Source: Paracoccaceae bacterium
Lineage (GTDB): Bacteria; Pseudomonadota; Alphaproteobacteria; Rhodobacterales; Rhodobacteraceae
Assembly (NCBI GenBank): GCA_965263365.1
Contig: OZ253672.1
Coordinates: 622,686-686,685, forward strand
Direction: 5' to 3'
DNA length: 64,000 bases
The position numbers and the translations under genes were made by a program. Shown one piece after another: positions 58,240 through 64,000 of the stretch; the first letter of the stretch is position 1, and each line of letters opens with the position of its first letter. The notes under the pieces are model-generated. The model was not told the origin of the DNA and searched no databases. It saw only the letters and a list, made by a program, of their open reading frames with translations.

Positions 58240-59304
58240 ATGATAAAAGAAATACGTATTTTGGGTTTGATGTCTGGTACTTCTCTTGATGGGGTGGATG
58301 CAGCGATTTTACATTTTCGAGATGGGCAAGTCACCAAGCGTGGGGCAAGCAGTTTTGAGCCATATACTGAGCGAGAGCGCGAAATTTTGCGCGCCAATCT
58401 TGGGGAGTGGAAGGTTAGCCAGGCTGCCTTGGATGCGATTCACAACGCGCATAGGCGTGCGATCAGCGCCTTGGAGGGTGAATTTGATTGTGTTGGTTTT
58501 CATGGTCAGACGCTCGCGCATGATCCCACGCGCGCACGGACGTTTCAAGCGGGTGATCCTTCTCAATTGGAGGTCGATTGTCCGGTTTACTATGATTTTC
58601 GGTCTCGCGATATGTGCGAAGGCGGTGAGGGCGCGCCGCTTCTCCCAGTTTATCATTACGCACTCGCAAAGGAACTCAATTTTAAATCGAGTGTCATTTT
58701 TTTGAATATTGGCGGCGTATCAAATTTGACCTTGGTCCGCGGTGATTTGCCACCTGAGGAAGGACTTATATCGCTTGATTGTGGTCCGGGAAATGCAATT
58801 ATCGATGATCTGGTGTGGACATCAACAGATGAGCGCTTTGACCGTGATGGCGCTCTGGCAAGGACTGGTGTGGTCAATGAAGAACTCGTTTTAGAGGCGA
58901 TGAAACACCCATTTTTTGCACTCGAGGCGCCGAAATCTTTGGATCGCAATAGTTTTGATGATTTTGCCGCAAAGCTTGTTAAGCTAGATTTGAATGATGC
59001 GGTCGCGACAGCAAGTGCATTCACGATTGCCTGCATTCAAAAAGCCATAAATGATATTGGATTAAATGATGTACCTGTCATAGCGTGCGGAGGGGGGCGA
59101 AAAAATCTATTCCTTTTAGAAGGAATTGGCGCTAAAGATATAGATGAGTTCGGACTTGATGGAGATATGATCGAAGCCGAAGGTTTTGCCTATTTGGCAA
59201 ATTGCTACATGCTTCACTTACCAATTAGTTTTCCAATGACGACCGGTGTTAAAAAGCCGATGCGGGGTGGAAAAAAATGGGAGCCAAATCGTTCAAATAT
59301 TTGA
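58240..59304 (+). CDS. anmK: anhydro-N-acetylmuramic acid kinase
   Basis: [16 protein letters not shown]-terminal signature, FLNIGGVSN and CGGG. Length 354 aa. Confidence 0.92.
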   Translation: MIKEIRILGLMSGTSLDGVDAAILHFRDGQVTKRGASSFEPYTEREREILRANLGEWKVSQAALDAIHNAHRRAISALEGEFDCVGFHGQTLAHDPTRARTFQAGDPSQLEVDCPVYYDFRSRDMCEGGEGAPLLPVYHYALAKELNFKSSVIFLNIGGVSNLTLVRGDLPPEEGLISLDCGPGNAIIDDLVWTSTDERFDRDGALARTGVVNEELVLEAMKHPFFALEAPKSLDRNSFDDFAAKLVKLDLNDAVATASAFTIACIQKAINDIGLNDVPVIACGGGRKNLFLLEGIGAKDIDEFGLDGDMIEAEGFAYLANCYMLHLPISFPMTTGVKKPMRGGKKWEPNRSNI

Positions 59305-59402
59305 TTATTTTATATTTAGCGTATTTTTTTAAGTTTAGAGGCGCAACATAGCGCTAAGTATGAGAGAAAAGTGAATCGAAACGATATTGCAAATACGAAA
59401 CT

Positions 59403-60053
59403 TTAGCGAAAGCTCTCTGTTAGGCGCCTTTGAACGTAAGTTTTAACCTCATTTATCATTTCATCAAATCCAGGTTCAAAAAAATGATTGGCCCCTTCAA
59501 TTTGCTTATGCGTGATTTCAATTCCTTTGTGCTCATGAAGCGTTTCGACTAGGGTATGCACATCTGACGGCGGCACAACGCGATCCGCGCCCCCATTTAT
59601 GATCAAACCGGAGGTAGGACATGGTGCAAGGAAATTAAAATCGTATTGATTGACGGGCGGCGCAATTGAAATAAAGCCGGTGACTTCGGGGCGACGCATA
59701 AGTAATTGCATTCCAATCCAAGCGCCAAAACCGAATCCAGCAATCCAACAGCCTCTAAAATTAGGTTTTAGACTTTGCAAATAGTCTAATGCGCCGGCTG
59801 CATCTGAAAGTTCGCCGACGCCTTCATCAAATTCTGCTTGTGAGCGACCAACGCCGCGAAAATTAAAGCGCAAAACTGAAAAACCAAGCTCATGAAAAGC
59901 GTAATGTAGATTATACACGACTTTTTGATTCATCGTTCCGCCGAATCGCGGATCGGGCTGTAGTACGATCGCAATGGGGGCTTGATCATTTTTTTGAGGA
60001 TGATAGCGGCCTTCTAAACGACCATCTGGACCTTGAAATATAATCTCTGGCAT
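59403..60053 (-). CDS. alpha/beta hydrolase (COG2945-like)
   Basis: 216 aa. The sequence RFNFRGVGRS and nucleophile elbow GFGFG are present, with a C-terminal GANHFF. Confidence 0.82.
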   Translation of the reverse strand: MPEIIFQGPDGRLEGRYHPQKNDQAPIAIVLQPDPRFGGTMNQKVVYNLHYAFHELGFSVLRFNFRGVGRSQAEFDEGVGELSDAAGALDYLQSLKPNFRGCWIAGFGFGAWIGMQLLMRRPEVTGFISIAPPVNQYDFNFLAPCPTSGLIINGGADRVVPPSDVHTLVETLHEHKGIEITHKQIEGANHFFEPGFDEMINEVKTYVQRRLTESFR

Positions 60054-60187
60054 TGCCTATCCTAATTTATCTACTTTTCTTGACAAAAAAATACGAGCTC
60101 TCTAGTTTTGGTTTTTGATTATGTTCTGTTATCAACACATCGTTCGAGCGTCAATCAATATCAAATAAAGTAAATGGAGATCCTAAG

Positions 60188-60646
60188 ATGAAGCTTTCAA
60201 CTAAAGGACGATATGCAATGATTGCTTTGGCTGATTTGGTAAAGTCTTCAAGTGAAAATTTGACAAATTTAAATGACCTATCTGAACGTCAAAAAATATC
60301 ACTATCCTATTTAGAGCAACTATTTATTAGGTTACGCCGTGCAAAAATTGTTGAATCTGTTCGCGGTCCTGGCGGCGGTTATAAGCTTGCAAAACCAGCG
60401 AACGAAATTCGTGTTTCCGAAATCCTTGCGGCAGTCGATGAGAATATGGACGCACTTCAACGTGGCCAAGGCGCTTCAGGTGGGGATAGTGGGACAGATG
60501 CTCAAATACTAACTGAAAAACTCTGGGAGCAATTATCAGCTCATGTTTATGTTTTTCTTCATTCCGTTCGCCTTTCAGATGTCATTAACAATGAAATGAC
60601 ACCTTGCCCGGCTGTTCCTCAAATTGTTGAGCTAATTGATGACTAG
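60188..60646 (+). CDS. Rrf2 family transcriptional regulator (IscR/SufR-position)
   Basis: MKLSTKGRYAMIALADL... and VRGPGGGYKLA are present. It lies upstream of the cysteine desulfurase and suf genes. Confidence 0.9.
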   Translation: MKLSTKGRYAMIALADLVKSSSENLTNLNDLSERQKISLSYLEQLFIRLRRAKIVESVRGPGGGYKLAKPANEIRVSEILAAVDENMDALQRGQGASGGDSGTDAQILTEKLWEQLSAHVYVFLHSVRLSDVINNEMTPCPAVPQIVELIDD

Positions 60647-60689
60647 AGATCGTTAATTAATTAAAGCTTAGTTAAGAGTTTTGAAAAAG

Positions 60690-61721
60690 ATGAAGCGTAC
60701 CTATCTTGATTATAATGCGACGACGCCTCTTCGTCAGGAGGCGCGACAAGCCATGATCGAAGCAATGGATGTATTTGGCAATCCAAGCTCGGTTCACAGC
60801 GAAGGCCGCGCTGGCAAAAAGCTATTGGAAAATGCGCGTGCAGAACTGGCGGAAGCGGCCGGTGTTTCGGGCGCAGATATAGTCTTCACGTCCAGTGCAA
60901 CTGAGGCGGCGGCACTTGCACTTAAAGGTAAAGAAAAAAAATGTGCGGGTGTGGAGCACCCGAGTGTGTTGGCGCATTGTCGGATCGATTTGGAATTGAT
61001 CGACGGAAAAATAAATGATCAAGGCGATGATGTGGTGCGCCAGCTTGCGAATTCAGAAACAGGTGTTTTGCAAAAAAAAGCACGTCCCGTTTGGTTTGAA
61101 GACGCGGTTCAAGCCTTTGGAAAAATTCCCTATGCCTTTTCATGGCGGCGCGCGCGCATGGGTGCGATTTCGGCGCATAAATTTGGAGGACCAAAGGGCG
61201 TAGGAGCACTTCTGATTGATTCAAGTCTTGATATAGAGCCTATTATAAGTGGGGGTGGGCAAGAAGGCTCTCGGCGTGCCGGGACAGAAAATTTAATTGG
61301 TATTGTTGGCATGGGCGCTGCGGCAAAAGCCGCAGAGAAGGACTTGAGTTCAGGGCGTTGGGAAGAGGTTGAAGAGATGCGCAATATGTTTGAGGCGCGC
61401 ATCCTTAACGAATGTCCCGATGCGGTGATTGCAGGTCAAAATTGTGACCGCTTGCCGAATACCTCATTGGTAATTGTACCTGGTTGGAAGGGTGAAACCC
61501 AAATTATGCAAATGGATTTGGAGGGTTTTGCAGTTTCAGCGGGCACTGCTTGTAGTTCTGGGAAGGTGAATGAAAGTCTGACACTTAGATCCATGGGTTA
61601 TGATACATTATCTGCAGGCTCAGGAATACGCGTATCCTTTGGATTGGAAAGTCGAATCGACGAGGCAATGCAATTTGCTGAAGCTTGGATCTCAAAATAC
61701 AAAAAATGGAAAAAAAGATAA
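60690..61721 (+). CDS. cysteine desulfurase (class V aminotransferase, NifS/IscS-like, short form)
   Basis: YLDYNATTPL, PLP-lysine context SAHKFGGPKG and catalytic cysteine context SAGTACSSG. The start is ATG 60690 (or TTG 60681). Confidence 0.85.
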   Translation: MKRTYLDYNATTPLRQEARQAMIEAMDVFGNPSSVHSEGRAGKKLLENARAELAEAAGVSGADIVFTSSATEAAALALKGKEKKCAGVEHPSVLAHCRIDLELIDGKINDQGDDVVRQLANSETGVLQKKARPVWFEDAVQAFGKIPYAFSWRRARMGAISAHKFGGPKGVGALLIDSSLDIEPIISGGGQEGSRRAGTENLIGIVGMGAAAKAAEKDLSSGRWEEVEEMRNMFEARILNECPDAVIAGQNCDRLPNTSLVIVPGWKGETQIMQMDLEGFAVSAGTACSSGKVNESLTLRSMGYDTLSAGSGIRVSFGLESRIDEAMQFAEAWISKYKKWKKR

Positions 61722-61789
61722 GTTTTCAGTTGCTTATCGAGTTAAATTAAGAGTTTTAAAGAGCTAAAACTTGAAGTCATGTAAACTAT

Positions 61790-63226
61790 TTAGTGAGAAT
61801 AAATGCATGGTTTCTGATTTTTAATATGTCTGCGTATCAGTGCTTTTTGATCTTTGTGATTAGGTATTAAGCGCGCGGATTCGTAGTCTAGCTTATGGTT
61901 TGCCAGTTCAGGAAATAAAGACAAAATTTCTTCTCGGGATTCTTCGTTCAATTTGTGAACGGTATGAGGTGCTGCAAAGAAACTTTCTGTGGGAGTGTTC
62001 TCCGCAAATATTAATTCATGTTTGTCGAATAGCAAATGATAATAAGTGACAGAAGTTATTTTTCGATCAACGACAATTCCTTTAAGGGCAGTGAGTTTGA
62101 TTGCCGGAACCAATACTTCTTTTTTTGAGAACATGCGCTCTGAAATTTTAGATCTGATTAGCATGCGGTGCTGTCGAGAGACGACCAAGTCGCGTTCTGG
62201 CAGGCCGTTGCCCATCGCGCCCTTGCGGATGCGGATGGGTCGCAATTTTGGCGTGTTGGTGAGCTTTGAATGTGTCACGGTGAATTTGCCGATCCAACGA
62301 ATGGGGCGAAGTCCGCTATCTTCGGTAATGACAAGATCACCAACGCTTAGGTCTTCAATCTTTTTTTGACCCTCCGGAATTGATATTCTACATCCTTTAG
62401 TGAAGCATGGAATCAGCCCGTCTTGAAAAGCAACAATTCCGACACTCTCTGTCGTATGGGCTTGTTCACTGTCTCCGGCTTGCTCTTCATTAATGTGGAG
62501 TTTTACATGCTTATCGCTTTGACTACTAATGGAAACGATCGCCGTATCTTTGCCATTAAGTGTTTGTGTTTCCGCTAAAATGACAGCGTCATTAACCGTT
62601 GTTCCCAGTATTATGTTTCTTGCGGTATGTGTAATCGAATTGGCTGTTGAAAAAGCGGTATTTTCGCCTGATTCGCTTCCTTTTTGAATGGCAATCCAGC
62701 CCACGGTCTCAGGTGCGTGAGCTCCGCGCCCTTGCTGCTCTTGCATTGTGAGGCGAAATCCTTCTGAAGAAATTTGAGAAGGATCAGAGTCGACAGCGTC
62801 ATTTTCATTTTGAGACATGACGGAGGTGAGTACAACGGGAGCCGTATCAAAATTTGCATTAAAATTAAGATCAACACCGTCGTTTTGATTCGACGTGCCA
62901 AAATTCTCTGTTCGCGCTTCAATAACGCGTCCATCGGGAAGTGTATGTATGCCTTCTTCTATGGCAAGCCAATTTACAGTTTCCATGGCTTGGTGGCTGC
63001 CGTCCATATAATCCCATTCGTCAAGTGCAATAGTGAATGAAACCGTATCCCCATTTGCATCTAAGGTTTGGTCAACAACACGTATTATGAAGTCTTCGCC
63101 ATTCGCGGTAGACGTGAAGGCAAATACGGGATCAGTGAGCGGTTCTTTAAGTGAGATTGTAAAGGTCGGACTTGTGTCGCCTGGATCTCCTGCGACATCA
63201 ACCTTTCCAGCTTCACCGATTGCCAT
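61790..63226 (-). CDS. Hint (Hedgehog/intein-like, BIL/Hint_2-type) domain protein with three N-terminal tandem repeats
   Basis: 478 aa. The Hint module starts at CFTKGCRISIPEG, with GDLVITEDSG, VSRQHRMLI and YYHLLFDKHELIFAENTPTESFF. It is preceded by three ~85-aa repeats, each ending H..E(T/S)V(N/G)(W/I).A(I/F)(E/Q).G. Confidence 0.8.
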   Translation of the reverse strand: MAIGEAGKVDVAGDPGDTSPTFTISLKEPLTDPVFAFTSTANGEDFIIRVVDQTLDANGDTVSFTIALDEWDYMDGSHQAMETVNWLAIEEGIHTLPDGRVIEARTENFGTSNQNDGVDLNFNANFDTAPVVLTSVMSQNENDAVDSDPSQISSEGFRLTMQEQQGRGAHAPETVGWIAIQKGSESGENTAFSTANSITHTARNIILGTTVNDAVILAETQTLNGKDTAIVSISSQSDKHVKLHINEEQAGDSEQAHTTESVGIVAFQDGLIPCFTKGCRISIPEGQKKIEDLSVGDLVITEDSGLRPIRWIGKFTVTHSKLTNTPKLRPIRIRKGAMGNGLPERDLVVSRQHRMLIRSKISERMFSKKEVLVPAIKLTALKGIVVDRKITSVTYYHLLFDKHELIFAENTPTESFFAAPHTVHKLNEESREEILSLFPELANHKLDYESARLIPNHKDQKALIRRHIKNQKPCIYSH

Positions 63227-63516
63227 AATATCAATTTCCTATTTTCAAATGCCTAAATAGTAAAATGAGTTAATCAAGAACTTCGATTGCACGATAAAAA
63301 TTCCTGCGAAAAATATAGTAAATATTGCGGTAGAGTTATTTAAAATCGTTTGTATTATTCTTACATTATGCGGGGACAAGTTTTGTATGTTTGAGTGACA
63401 GCAGTGTCCAATGTCGGATATGATTCAGTTGCGTTTGTCGCTTGATGAAGTCTAGAAATCATGCTTTATACGGGCAAGATTGTGAAAAATATTTAATTTA
63501 ATCTGGGTGTATTGAT

Positions 63517-64000
63517 ATGAACGAAACTTATGTACGTGAAGGTGTGGATCAGGAGACCGTAACCCAAGTCAATGAAATGGCGGGTAAGTACAAATATGGT
63601 TTTGAAACAGAGATTGAGACCGAATATGCACCACTTGGGCTTTCTGAAGATATCGTACGTCTAATTTCCGAGAAGAATGAAGAGCCGGAATGGATGCTTG
63701 AGTGGCGTTTGCAGGCTTATCGGCGTTGGTTGGATATGGACGAGCCCGAATGGGCGATGGTTGATTATCCGAAAATAGACTTTCAAGACCAATATTATTA
63801 TGCGCGACCCAAATCCATGGATATTCGACCTAAAACGCTTGATGATGTCGATCCTAAATTGCTTGAAACATATGCGAAATTGGGAATTCCGCTGAAAGAG
63901 CAAGAGCTTTTGGCGGGCGTACAAGAACGAAAGGTAGCTGTTGATGCGGTGTTTGACTCGGTTTCGGTTGGGACGACTTTTAAGGAGGAGTTAGCGGCTG
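63517..64000 (+). CDS. sufB: Fe-S cluster assembly protein SufB (5' part, runs off window)
   Basis: Open frame from ATG 63517 to the window end. [15 protein letters not shown]...[10 protein letters not shown]...[27 protein letters not shown] and [21 protein letters not shown] are SufB N-terminal sequence. It is absent from the ORF track because it has no stop. Confidence 0.92.
   Translation, partial: MNETYVREGVDQETVTQVNEMAGKYKYGFETEIETEYAPLGLSEDIVRLISEKNEEPEWMLEWRLQAYRRWLDMDEPEWAMVDYPKIDFQDQYYYARPKSMDIRPKTLDDVDPKLLETYAKLGIPLKEQELLAGVQERKVAVDAVFDSVSVGTTFKEELAA

Noticed and set aside
1-64000. CRISPR arrays, IS elements or transposases, integrases, prophage genes, tRNA or rRNA genes, and toxin-antitoxin pairs.
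   Set aside because: I saw no repeat-spacer periodicity, transposase or integrase-like ORFs, tRNA-like T-arm or acceptor patterns, or rRNA signatures while reading the window. This is a by-eye assessment. tRNAscan, Infernal and repeat-finder runs would be needed to be certain.

Overview
This is a densely coding chromosomal segment. It looks alphaproteobacterial and probably marine. Supporting features are GTTC-N7-GTTC SOS boxes at recA, a hemC/hemD/mitofilin-like/hemY cluster, a ZapA gene with a ZauP-like partner, and Hint/BIL-type proteins. Most of the window is housekeeping: tsaD-gpsA, hemCD, gatCA, tadA, rluB-like, RNase P RNA, recA, alaS, grxD-bolA, pyrG-secG, ssb, uvrA, coaD, two cyclophilins, tyrS, anmK, and Rrf2/cysteine desulfurase/sufB. 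I saw no tRNA, rRNA, CRISPR array, IS element or integrase by eye. The non-core content is as follows. (1) A minus-strand cluster joins an XpaC-like/TelA pair to an SPFH-GYF protein and a double zinc-ribbon membrane protein, next to TerC; this is a candidate envelope-stress or infection-response module of unassigned function. (2) An ATGA-coupled four-gene operon encodes two DMGDH/sarcosine-dehydrogenase-type enzymes, a non-pyrrolysine MttB-family methyltransferase and a beta-hydroxyacid dehydrogenase under a divergent LysR regulator. No corrinoid partner gene is visible. (3) A complete taurine locus (tauR, tpa, tauABC, xsc) shows three oddities. The pta gene is cut off exactly at the junction with block (2). 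TauC carries an extra extracytoplasmic insert of about 120 residues with cadherin/Ig-like motifs. A DegT-type aminotransferase is appended to tauABC. (4) Two paralogous Hint-domain proteins and one small RTX-repeat protein sit in otherwise conserved housekeeping gaps. One Hint gene splits the Rrf2/desulfurase genes from sufB. The other has an in-frame TAA, and homology appears to continue past it. All calls come from reading the ORF translations and the DNA; no database search was run.
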